Shown piece after piece: positions 37,483 through 49,547 of a stretch of DNA of 64,000 nt. Origin of the DNA: Callorhinchus milii (lineage: Eukaryota); NCBI RefSeq assembly GCF_018977255.1, contig NW_024704849.1:62001-126000 (forward strand), written 5' to 3'. The notes below the pieces were generated by a model. The model saw only the letters and a list, made by a program, of their open reading frames with translations. It did no database searches and had not been told where the DNA came from. Every line of letters begins with the position of its first letter. Position 1 is the stretch's first letter. The position numbers and the translations under genes are program-made.

Positions 37483-38640
37483 CTGAAACATACACACACC
37501 GTGTTACCAATTATTAATACTCTCTGCTCCTAATCTAATTGAAGCCCAAGAAAGGCTTGTTTTGTTGAATATTGCATACTGTTATGATGACAGTTAGCGC
37601 TTTGGGACGCCCTCCAGCTGCGAAAGGCACAACGTAAACCCAAGTTTGTCACTGTCACGCAAAGGCCAGAGGGAAAAATCACCAAATTGTTTTAAGGGTG
37701 AGAGGGAATGACGTACACATGAGGCCCAATAACAGTTAACTGAACAGCACAAACTGTTTTCTCTCCTTTTCAAGTGAGCACTTAAATTGTTTAATGGAAG
37801 GTTATGCATTAGAGTTTGTGTCCTGAATTGTGCTTGAAAACAGAAGCGGAAGCAATGTTCAACACAGCACTGTTTGGAACCGCTCTATCAGGAGATTCTG
37901 GATAAAGTCTACATCACTGGATTGGGGACATCAATATTCTAGGGTTATACTCCAATGCAATGCTGGGAGTGTACTGCAGTGTGAAGTCCTACAGCTTAGT
38001 TACTAGAGCTCTCGACTCGCAAGAGGGAGTCCTGGGTTCGATTCCTGGCAGGGCGAAGGAGTGGAGAAGTTTCAGTGCTTCACACTCATATTTCTAATTA
38101 TTTATTCTCAAATTAAAAAATATTCATTCACTTCATGGCTGTCTGTAGGAACTTGATCTCTCCAAATTGGCTACCCTTTCACCCCCACAAATCACAAAGT
38201 CACTTTTGTTTTACACCGTTGCATTTGAAGTGCTTTGGGATGTTTCGTATTGTGAAACGCATTGTACAAAGTATAATTATTATGCTAAAACTTGTAGAAA
38301 GGTCAATAAATGGTTCAAAGCTCAGAATTCCTGCAGGTGAGATCGTTTGTAGTGAAAACACAAACCATAAAATGGGCAACAATTATACACCAAAATGTGC
38401 TGAACGTTGGCGAAACCTTCTGCAAAGTAAAGAGTTAAAATAAAATGAAGGTTTTCCGGCGGGACTTGAAAAAGGGGAGGGAGCTAGAACGATTCAGAGG
38501 AGAGTGTTCCTGAATTTAGTAATGCTATAATATATTTTAATTGACTTGAAATGAACTCAGTAAAGTGTAAGCTACGGTGGAAGTTGGGAGAGGGTTTGTT
38601 TCACTGTCTGTCACTAAATGTATCATCTCACCAGCAAAAA

Positions 38641-38680
38641 CAGTTTGTTCAGGCGGTGACTGGGAAACTATAGTTCGGTC
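38641..38680 (-). pseudogene. Deleted supporting V-delta remnant
   Basis: Matches the first ~40 nt of 32743-33044, with acceptor AG>AT and a 2-nt deletion. It is fused directly to sequence homologous to 32582-32688, so ~315 bp including the RSS are lost. Confidence 0.85.
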
Positions 38681-39501
38681 ATGCGGAATGCAAATTAGAG
38701 TTTACTTAGAATCATTGAATCATGCAGTATTACAACTTAGAAGGAGGCCTTTCGCCCATCGTCTCTGTGCCGACTCTTTGAAAAGTGCAATTCAATCACT
38801 CTCTCCCTTCTTGTCGAAGAGACCTGGATTATTTCACAAAAACACTTACGACTTTCAAAACGGGCATTTATTCATCAGTAATACTTCTAATAAAAACATT
38901 TTACAGACACTAGTGTCTTCATTCATCTAATGAAAACATTTTCAGACACTGGTGTCTTCACATACATGAATCCTCTCTTCCAAGGTAATCATTCTGGTAA
39001 AGCTCTTTTTATCTCTGCCCAAGGCCTGGAAATTCGTCCTTATGTTTGTGTGAAAGGCTTTACACTAATTCAAGGATTCTTATGATAACGTTGATAAAGA
39101 GCAGATGCATACACTAAAGCAGCGAGCTCTTGCAAGTGAGACAATTCAGCGCAGACACAAACCGTCTGACTATTTTGTATGACAACATTTATGACACATA
39201 ATAAATGGACCATTTTAGTTAAGCTTTCATTATCTAATCTTATATTTGTTTGCTATAGCGGTTTGTGCACATTTATGCTTTCGGTGTCTGTGATCATGGG
39301 AATGTATAGCAGGGAATCAGGTGTCAGTTTGTATCGTTAAATCAGAGGGTTTACAGTTGAGGCAAATGGAAAGTTTCCTGCTGTAAATGTCGTTACTTCA
39401 AAATCGCTGCTAGAGGGGGTTTAGACTCTGACTTATTGCCAGTATCAGTTTCTCTCAGTCTGTGAACTTTTCATTTCAGTTCCACTTCTGCCACCAGTAA
39501 A

Positions 39502-39701
39502 NNNNNNNNNNNNNNNNNNNNNNNNNNNNNNNNNNNNNNNNNNNNNNNNNNNNNNNNNNNNNNNNNNNNNNNNNNNNNNNNNNNNNNNNNNNNNNNNNNN
39601 NNNNNNNNNNNNNNNNNNNNNNNNNNNNNNNNNNNNNNNNNNNNNNNNNNNNNNNNNNNNNNNNNNNNNNNNNNNNNNNNNNNNNNNNNNNNNNNNNNNN
39701 N
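39502..39701. other. Assembly gap (200 N) inside the NAR array
   Basis: Run of N. True size unknown. Confidence 1.
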
Positions 39702-40299
39702 TTATCTTTATCTTTCAGTCTTTCTTTCAGTGGAATTTCTTTCGTTCAGGAACCGGCTCAGTGCACTTGTGTGTGAATTAAGATGCAATTTGTCTTTCTC
39801 TTTTTTTCTTTGCAACTTGATTTATTAGATGTCTTGCTCCAACCCTATTCCCCCCCCCCCCCCCCCCCACCCACACCACAACCACCACCTCCCTCCCCCA
39901 CCTTCAACTCTGAATGCAGTGCTATCAAGTGAACGGCCTCAACCTCCAAAGCACTGCTTGTTGCGAAGTATAAATTGCGGTGACTTTTTTTACTGTCATT
40001 TAATGTTACTTTAGCAAAGGTGACTTATAGTCCTGTCTAACAGATTATACACAATGGAATGCATCTGCATCATTGAATGTTTTTTGTTGTGTGTAATGAT
40101 TCCAGATTCCGCTGTTATCAGCGGTTCCCTGGAATACTGCAGACCAGTCTGGCTCAGAAACCGGAATAGAGATGGTCGAATTGAGTGAACTTAATTCCTA
40201 CTTCCTGCGGCCAAACATGTCAGCTTGGATCTGGTAATTTGTATTCGCAAATTCACAGTAATCAGTTTTTTTAATTCCTTTCAAAATGTTCTCACTTAC

Positions 40300-40650
40300 T
40301 TTTAGTTACTGTTACTGCGGTTCCATTTCCATCTTTCATTTTTTCTGTGCTGCCCCCAAGGCAGTGATATTCATCATAAACAGCTCTGCAATAATAGGTA
40401 TCGCTGTCTTGAACTTCCAAGTTTTTGATTTCTAGAGAAAATGAAGCCGATCCCTTGTCTGCTTTCATGGAAAACCGTCCATCATCAGGTACTGATTCCC
40501 ACTGTGTCCCCCTTCCATTCTGCCTGAAAAATTCCATGCTCTTGAAAGTCACACCAGATCCGGCTTCAAAGGCGCAATGAATTGATACGGACTCGCATTC
40601 TTTTGCCGTCAGAGAGGTTGGTGTCTGTTTTACCGAGACACTGACAACAT
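40300..40650 (-). CDS. Germline-joined NAR-type VDJ exon (351 nt), no RSS
   Basis: Acceptor CTTTCAG| at 40651, ...YYCRAVYDEYHCLGGSTEKMKDGNGTAVTVTK, donor A|GTAAG at 40299. Extra Cys in FR1 and CDR3. Confidence 0.92.
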
Positions 40651-42186
40651 CTGAAAGATACACACAACGTGTTAACAATTATTAACAGTCTCTGCTCCTA
40701 ATCTAATTGAATTACAAGACCTGGATTGATTTGTTTGATATTGCATATTGTTATGAAGACAGTTAGCGCTTTGGGACGCCCTCCCGATGCGAAAGCCAAT
40801 TTCAGTTTACAGCGTATTTTATTGAGATTTTTCCACGACGTGAAAATGGTATTGTATCAAAAGAATAATGATGAATTATTATTGTATCGCAGGCAATTTA
40901 TTGCAGATGCAGCTAACAATAAATGATTTGATAATCACGACGTGGGGAATGAACGCCATAATTTCTATTCAGACGCGAGAATGCTACTTATTGAACCACA
41001 CTGACACTCCAATGCAAAACTGTGCTGCCTTTTCAAATTTTCCGTGAAAATTCTACATTTTATTTAAATTGGCACAGTCAAAGTTACATTATTTTAGAGG
41101 GTAAGGATTGCTGGATGAAAGAAAACAGAGGTCCATTCAGTTCACATTCCACCATCCTGGCAGCAGCTTGACATAATATGTCCCAAACTACATCCCCCAA
41201 AATGTCCCGAGATATTATTTACTTAAATCAATCTATTTATTTTGCTTTTGAAAGAATCAACAGCTTCCACTGTCACAGTCTCGCTGGGGAGCCTGATCCA
41301 TATATTTATTTGTTGTTCACTTATTGTTTCTGCGTATTGTTCTAAATTTACCTCCTTCAACCGCAGCGCATATCCCTCGTGCTAATGGTCCCGATAAAAT
41401 AAAAGAGCTTTTATGCTCTCCATTAGTTATAGCCCTATCGAGTAGATTTTCATTAAAAAATTGTTCGCACAGTTTTATTTCGTTAATGATGTAGAGTGGC
41501 TCCAGGGTATCAGTTACTAGGCCCATGTGATGTACTGTTTAAGCGACAAAACTAATCACACATTATTTAGTTCAATCTTCCTGCCTGTTTCATGCCAGTT
41601 GGAAACATGCTCGTTAAAATATATATATCTGACACAGGCGACAACCCAACAACATTCTTAAAATAATACTTTTCAAATGAGATTTCCAAGCAATCCCCAA
41701 AATATGCCTTTTTATTGCATGGGATATGCATTATACTCTCTGGAGGGATGCAATCTGATTAGTTTACCATAAAAAGTATATCTGGCAAGCTTCCCTACTG
41801 TTAGTAAGGCGAGGACCCCTCCGCCCATTCTGGCTTTGGTTTCCAGTGTTAACAGGAGCAGAATGGGAGTGTTTCCTGTCCCCAGTGACTAGTCCCTCAT
41901 TCCATGTTCTGCTGGTGAGCCAAGCTGGACCATGTTTTCAGTAGCGATGCTGTAGAATAATAAGGACACTCCTGGCTCTGGAACAGGACTAAGGACTGTC
42001 AAAATATTTGTCTCAATTTCTCCATTCCGTTGCCATTCGAGTGTCTTATATTGCAAGGCATTGATAGTGACATTTCTTCCATCCTAACATTTCTGAAGGA
42101 CTCGGAGTGCAGGCAAACTACGCTTGATGTGCTTACAAATTTACGTGAATATGCAGGTTTTCTTCTTTAAAAGCTGATATCACTAC

Positions 42187-42415
42187 TTTGTTTCACAGAA
42201 ACTGTAGTTCCAGTTTCATCTCTGTTTTTATCTGCACTTTTCAGACTGCATCGATACTCATATGGAGCTCGGCAGTAATAGGTTGCGCTGTCTTGAACTT
42301 GCAAGCCATTGATTTCCAGTGAAAACGAAGTTGATCCCTTGTCTGCTTTGATAAGAAACCGTTCATCAACAGGGATGGACTCCCACTGCGTCCTTTTTCC
42401 AATCTGTCTAAAAAT
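42187..42415 (-). pseudogene. 5'-truncated germline-joined NAR-type VDJ exon
   Basis: Hand translation from FR2: FRQIGKRTQWESIPVDERFLIKADKGSTSFSLEINGLQVQDSATYYCRAPYEYRCSLKSADKNRDETGTTVSVKQ, donor A|GTAGT. FR1, CDR1 and the acceptor are missing. Confidence 0.88.
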
Positions 42416-43329
42416 TGCTGCTTACACTACGGCTTCTCTACAAGCAGCATGTTAAGCAGCCCCAATTTACCTGCTGGTCACAATCTGCTTTCTGTCTTCT
42501 GCTATTTTGTATTTTGCGTAAAAAAAGGACAGAGTTTTTACTGTACTTGAAATGAAAATCAATTGGAAGGCCATCGGACAACTGCTGATTGAATAGTTCT
42601 TCCTAATGTTTCAAATGGGCACCACTTGTACTGTAATATTCAATGATTCTATAATTATATTTAGCTCAAGGTGGTACCTGAAGCATGCCAGAAACCTCCG
42701 TCATGCTTAAATATATCCAAACAAACCCTGTGCAATCCTGATAATATTCCTGCCCTGTGAATTCACACCATCTTCCTACTAGGGATCCATGCTGCGACGT
42801 TTGACATCGAAAAAACTCGTTGGCAAATATCCCGATGTTTCTCCAGTTTGGAAGTCTTTACCGCCTCCTTTATTACAATTTCCCTTGGAAGTTTAATGGG
42901 AGCGGAGTGGTAGTAGACCGCGGCCAAAGTAAATGGTCTGCCCACCCAACTAATGTCACCTTGGAGCCTACTCAGTTCCGAGGAGACCGCCTTGTTCCTC
43001 TCCTCGGAGGATAGAGATGATTAGGACCATATTTCCATCTGACACAGTCAATACAATTTACATGAACAGGTCATGTTTCCTTGTACAGACCAAGCCAATG
43101 GCTTTCCAAATTACGGAAATAAAAGTAGATGTTTTGAGCAACAAGCTTCCTAGTGGGAGCTGATTAATCTTTCCCACAATACAAACATGTATATTTTTCA
43201 AAATTGGTCAGGTGGTTTGTTGAAGTGGCACAGTGGCAAATAATTTGGATCAATCCGTTACAATAAAGCATTTTACAAATTTACGTGGATAAAGTTGTTT
43301 TTACTTTGTTAGAAATTGTTCTCACTTAC

Positions 43330-43390
43330 TCCGTGTTACTGTTACTTTTGTTCCAGTTCCATCTATATCCCCATTACCAGTCCATGTAAC
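43330..43390 (-). CDS. NAR-TCR-type J segment (rearranging cluster 2)
   Basis: Identical to 121-181 including the 23-RSS and donor. Confidence 0.9.
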
Positions 43391-43770
43391 CACAGTCACA
43401 CAGCTTTAATTCTACAAGATGCAAAAACTCTTCTATCAGATCATGGTACAATAATGGCAACAGTACAACCAAATGCTGCCACATTGGTCAATAGTTTCTA
43501 TTTCTGTACCACTATATCGTGTCATCATTTTTGTTTTGTCCGAATCATGTTTATTAAGCATTAATTTCACCCAAACACAGATAATATGCAAGGTAGAGAA
43601 AATCTGTTTCTGTGAATAGTTCAATAAATTTCTGCTTGAAATAAATAATTTCGGAAGCAGGCTTTCGACATATTCAACGCAATAAAAGAGGACACAATGA
43701 TCAACGTTCACGATCAATGTTTTTTAATGAAAATAGCTGCACGGTATTTGGCCTGATGTTTTCCAATGTG

Positions 43771-43791
43771 GCTTCCCGATATACGAATCAG
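43771..43791 (-). other. D segment flanked by 12/12 RSSs (cluster 2)
   Basis: Same D as 562-582. Both heptamers read CACATTG (43764-43770 and 43792-43798). Confidence 0.87.
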
Positions 43792-44175
43792 CACATTGTT
43801 TAATGTCAACACAAAAAGCAGTGGTTTGAAACACTTTTCAAGTTATTTCTGCCATTTACAAATGATCAACCAGTGATGTAAACTGTCAAATTATTTTGAA
43901 TAATATCCCGGTTGGATTTGCATGCCATCAATCTCTTGCAATTAAATTATTATTTACCTGAATCGCAGCAAACTTCCGATGTCCATTCAAATTGATACTC
44001 TTTTCGTAAGAATTCATAAATAATGGAGGTCTCTTAAAGGAAATGTTACTAAACATCATTTTGCATCACACAGCAATGAGGAATGTATATCGAATTGATT
44101 GACAAGTTCACATTTGCTTCTGTGAGTTGGTGAAGGGGCTTCTTGTATTGTCGAAAGCCCAGATACAGCACTGTG

Positions 44176-44895
44176 AGAGCCCCAGTATCGAGCTTTACAG
44201 TAATATGTAGCGCTGTCTTCAACTTGCAAATCACTAATTTCCAGAGAAGATGACTTCGATTCCTTGACAGTTTTTATAACAAACCGTTCTTCATGAGGGA
44301 TAAGCTTCCAATGTTGCTCCGTTGGAAATTGCCTGTAAAAGTCCATGCTGTTGAATGTGTCATCAATGTGCGCTTCAAATAAGCAATTGATGGTCAAAGA
44401 CCCGCATTCTTCTCTGATGAGAGAGGATGGCGTCTGCTTTACCGACCGACTTAAAACGTCTGAAAAATATACACAACATGTCATCAGTTTAATAGATCCT
44501 GAACACTGATCACGTCTAGGAAATTAATTCTATTAAAAGTGACGCAATAGATAAAAAGTTGATACAGTATAACCAGGAAATATAACATGTATAAATCATA
44601 TTAATTGAAATACATATAAGTATATTGTACAATAACAATATACTTAATAGCAAAGTCCTGCTGTATTTCGTTCACAAGATACACAGCTAATGTACTTTAC
44701 AATATATTCCGTGAAGAGCTTTGAGATGATTCAACAACAAAATAAGGCGCTAAATCAATGCAATGGTTATTATCATAATTGCTATATTGCACGTGCTAAT
44801 GATGACATTCAATAGTGCTGTGTTTTTCTGTGTAATGGAAATAAACACTTACTTTGTAAGAATAGGAAGGAGATGGAGACACAGAGCAGAGACAT
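44176..44895 (-). CDS. NTCRV: NAR-TCR V, unrearranged, with leader (cluster 2)
   Basis: Leader 44853-44895, V exon 44176-44459 with the same protein as copy 1, heptamer CACAGTG 44169-44175 and 22-bp spacer. Confidence 0.9.
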
Positions 44896-46002
44896 TCTCT
44901 CACCACTGGGAGACACCGTCAGCCCCGGACACCTCAGAGTGACTGTGAGTAACACAGGGCTGTTCTGTAAGAGCGTTGGAGATTTGTTTTTTTCTGATGA
45001 ACAGCGTCACATCATGGCTGATGTCAGCGGCTTTGAGGGGTGGGCGGTGGGTGATTTGTGGTTGCAAGACACAGACTGAGGAAAGGGACTCACTATCTGT
45101 GCCCGAGAGGGCGGATGAGGGGGATTTGTGGGTGACTCTTGAGCACTCAATTGAACATACAATTGACCAGGAGCCAACGAGAGGAAATATAAACTGACCG
45201 TGGGAGTGGACAGAGGCTGTGTAATGCAGAGAGTGGCTTCACTGCGAGTTGGGAAAGAAAAATAAAGAAACAAGTGACACCACTTTGGCTTGGAGTATTT
45301 CCAATACTGTGACCAGCAGCTGCTTGTGGAGACTGGTCAAGGCAGCAGGGAGTTAGCGAGATATGAGTGATGATAACTGAGGAAGAGCGAGAAATGAGGT
45401 TAAAGATTGAGGGTTTGGGGGCAGTGAGAGGAGCCGTGGAGGGTAGACAGGGTGATACAGGCATGGAGGATGGCAGTGGAACGTTGACCAAGAATGGGAG
45501 GCAGCAGATAAGAGGTTTACTTTACAATATATCCTGTGAAGCGCTTTAACACGTCTCAGTGACATGCTAAGGCGCTGTATCAAATCCAAGGATAAATATT
45601 TAGCTGTGTCTTGGCCTGTCTGTCTGTCTCTCTTTCCGTGTCTGCCTGTATCTGTGTCTGTTTCTCTGTCTTACTTTGAAACCTTAGGCAACTTTCCTTG
45701 ATCCACACACACACACACAAACACACGCACAGAAAGAAACACAATTACACGGCTCTGTCAACCCAGCTGTAGGAACCCGCGTGTTTGTTGACTGTTGAAT
45801 CGCTGTCAAGCGGTAACATTTCCTACAAAATAATAATAATTTGATTATTTAATCCATGACTGTGGGTAGAACAAATCCTTTTGTAGGCAAACGCACAAAT
45901 TGTGTGCCACCTTTCAACTGAATAACATACAGTCACTACACTTTACATTATATTCCGTGAAGCGCTTTGTGACGTCTCGATGATACGATGAAGAGCTGTA
46001 CT

Positions 46003-46325
46003 AAATAATAATAATAATAATAATCGTTGCATTTGATATAGCGCTTTTCACGTCGGGAGGACGTCCCAAAGCGCTTCACCGAATATACTGTAAAGTGAAT
46101 TGACTGTATATTTGTGAGCGAACGCGGCAGCCAATTGCGCACAGCAATGTCCCACAAACAGTCCGTAGATTGAAAATGACCAATTTATTATTGTTTGGTT
46201 TTGGAGGGATTATTATTAGGCTCTGTGTGGAGTAAGGAAACTTGCCCAAGGTTTCACCCTCTGCCTGGAATTGAACTCAGGTCTCTCGCTTGCAAAGCGA
46301 GTCCTCTAACCACTGAGCTACAGGA
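46003..46325 (-). mobile_element. tRNA-derived SINE (duplicate of 2781-3096)
   Basis: Same head and tail motifs. Confidence 0.9.
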
Positions 46326-48593
46326 TAAATAGAAGGATTATTAATTATTTTCACAAACGTCATTGGACTTCAGCAATTAAATGATTTAGAGTGTATGAGG
46401 AGGTGATGATCAATCGTAGAATAGGAAGTTTTGGATTTTGTTTTGACTGTAACGATGGACTGGGATGGCAATGCAGTTTGGGGCTTTGTGTGAGGGAGCG
46501 GCCTAATTTTTTCTCACCCTTTATGTTTATAGTCATAATGTTGCTTAGATTTGTAAACAATTCTTATCACGTCCAAACGCGCTTCACAAATTATACCGAA
46601 GAGTTGTTTGAGTTTACATTGTATTTCTAAAATGGATGATCCAATTGTGCACAGCACTGACGCAGACACATCCTAAGATTAACTGATCGAATTAATATTT
46701 TGATTGTATATTTATTGCCTTTTGTGGAATTTTTTTTGATTTTTAAAGGGATTATTGCCTCCCGGTAATTATATGGCGGCATCTAACCGTGTTTCGGTGG
46801 AATTACAGTGTATGTATTATGCCGGCATGAGTTGATTTACAAACCGAGCAAATTGGTTTAAAATTACCCGCTAGTCCATGGAGTGCTGGATAAGTTGGAC
46901 ACCATTAATATTCCTCCCGGATAAAAACCCTCCATCTCAACACTTTCCGCTTGGAAACCACTTCCCAACATATTTCCTCCTTTTCCCCAGATATTTCTTC
47001 CAGCGAAGCCACCACCTCCCGTCTTCCTATCTCCAGATGCCATCTGCGACAACACAAGCTCTGACCCCAAATTGCGACCCTTCCCCGCTCCAATCCATGC
47101 CACCACAACCACCACCCCTCCCCACCCCACCCCAGTCTACACTTCGCTGCTTCGGCACATAACTGCAGTGCCTAGTGTTTTGGGGTGTCCATCCGAAGTA
47201 ATTCGCCCTATAATAATGTAACTTACCTGTTGTTTTCAAGTGTAAGCTGTCATGCTGGTAAGCTGATGGCAACGAACCCTCCCGACCACGGAGGCTGGTC
47301 CTCGGTGAACAAGCAGCGAAGAAGCATTGGCCAGACCATAATATCAATGGCAAGCTATGAGGTTTTAGATGCTTAAACTACAGCAGTAGCCTCAACACAA
47401 CAATCTAGGCTAACCCCAAGTATTGGCTCTTGCGAGACTGCTCCCAATACTTAACGGAATTCAGGAACTCTGTATGGAAGAGAGTGTGCATTGCACTCCA
47501 TCAAACTTTCCTGGGATTTCCATTTGTATGTAGAAAGCATTAAAATCTCAGCTCGTTTGATAACTGTTAAGCACAGCGATGAGTGTCAGACACCCACCCA
47601 GACCAGCACAAAAAAGATTGTGAAATGAAGTGCCTGTGCAAACGTACGTACGTTTGTTCCACCAATTAGATTGCACACGATTGTAGGAATAGTTGTGAAG
47701 ACAAAGATTCATGAATCCAGTGGACGGCTGGTGGGTCTCATATTTAGATTTTCTTATTTAGAACAACATACATGGATGTTCCAGTGCAAACTGTGAAGCG
47801 CTTTGAGAAGTCCCGAAGACATGGTAAGGCGTTTTTTCAAATGAAAAGGTCAATAGGAATATTAATATTTATTTGACTCTTTCCCTACATGAAGCAGCAT
47901 ATCACTTTTTGCTTGTGGTTGGATACCAGTCACATGTTTCCTCTGAGATACACAGCAGCAAAGTAGCAATTTGTCAAATAGGTCAACTGTCAGGGCTAAC
48001 ATCCGTGCTAAGATGAAACACATTCGATCGTCTTGGATGTTTACATACAGAGGTATATTTGGACATGAGATATCTCGATCGTGTCATACGGTTCCATATC
48101 AATCGCAACAAACATTACTCTAATGTCTGTAATGTCTAAAAGCATGTGGTATGATATATTGTAATAAAAAATAATCTAGCATTTGTTATAGCGCCTTATC
48201 TCGTCTTCTAAGTGCCAAAAAACGCTTCACCAAATACACTATATGTGTGGACGAAAGTGGGGATTGCAGTTTCTGTGTTCTCTCATCTCTTCCTTGGAGT
48301 CAAACAAACAATATTCCAAATCGATTTGTATTCTTGAATTTGCAGACTACAGTAAATCAATAGAGGCTTGGATTGTTGCAGCTAACTGACTATTTTACTC
48401 TGCAGTTATTGTGGCAGATAATGAAGGGGATTTTCAGCAGACAGACTGACTTGTGGTGCATGTGGTTTTCCCTGAAGCTCGTTGCACACAAAGTCTGACT
48501 CTGAACCCACACAGCGTTGATTCGATGGATAGACCAAGATCACAAAGACAGGGTAGTTATTGTACGAGGCTGTGGCTGGATTCCATCACTGTG

Positions 48594-49547
48594 AGTATAT
48601 CGGGAGAGACCGCACAGAGATACACAGCGCTATCAGACAGCAGCAGCATGGAGACGGATAATTTGGTGACAGACTTGGAAGTGTCAAGCTGAGAAGTGAA
48701 ACGATTTCCAATTCCATCTCCTTTTGCTTCATAATCATCTGAATCTCTTCGCACTATAAACTCTGGATGTTTATCTGGGTAATGTCGGTACCAGAAGAGA
48801 GAGTACGAGTTCTCAGTAGTGGAAAAAGTACATTGAAAAGTCACAGTTTCTCCTTCTTTCATAACCATCATTGAATGTTTCTGACTGACAGAGTCCCCAC
48901 CGCAGACGTCTGTAATACACAAGGAAGAAAACGATAAAAATATTATCCACTGTGTGCCTGAATTATTTTTTCCGCGCCTCAGGTCCTTATACTAATGAGA
49001 AAGGTGCTATAGACCCATAATATGTTAATAATGAAATAATAATAATCAATGTATTTTACTTAGCAGAGCATCACGTTCTTCAGACGTTTGAAAGCGCTGC
49101 ACCTAATGTAGAATATTGTCAATAGCTGTGTGTGTTTATCGGCGAAAGGCAGCGGCCAATTGCGCATAGCCCACAGTTACTCGTAGAATCAGTTACCACA
49201 TTATTTTTTGAATTTTTATTGGATTATTAGACCCGCCAATCCACTAAAAGTGAATAAAAAGTAATTAATACACATTATGTTCAAAGGGTGATCAAGCAAA
49301 CAGTGTCCTGTTTGCTGCTGGTTAAGCAGAGACGTGTGAGGAACTTGCATAAGGTTTCGACCTGTCCGGGAATCGATCCTTGGTCCTCTCGCTTCTGAGG
49401 CGAGTTCTCTGACTACTGACCTACAGGTCTCCCACCTCCAACTGTTATTGAAATGGAGCTGACAATCAGTACAACACTGAATCAGCTCAACACGACCTCA
49501 CCTGACATAAAGGTTCCCAGCACAAGACAGACAGCAAACAGCCTCAT
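48594..49547 (-). CDS. TRAV/DV: TCR alpha/delta V gene, family A, apparently functional (duplicate of 5366-6319)
   Basis: Leader 49502-49547, V exon 48594-48909, identical protein in the ORF track, heptamer 48587-48593 with 23-bp spacer. Confidence 0.92.

Noticed and set aside
37678-37720. Candidate leader for the 37132 exon (MCTSFPLTLKTI...)
   Set aside because: Poorly hydrophobic, the donor would be phase 2 (incompatible with the phase-1 V exon), and there is no homolog upstream of the closely related 40300 exon.
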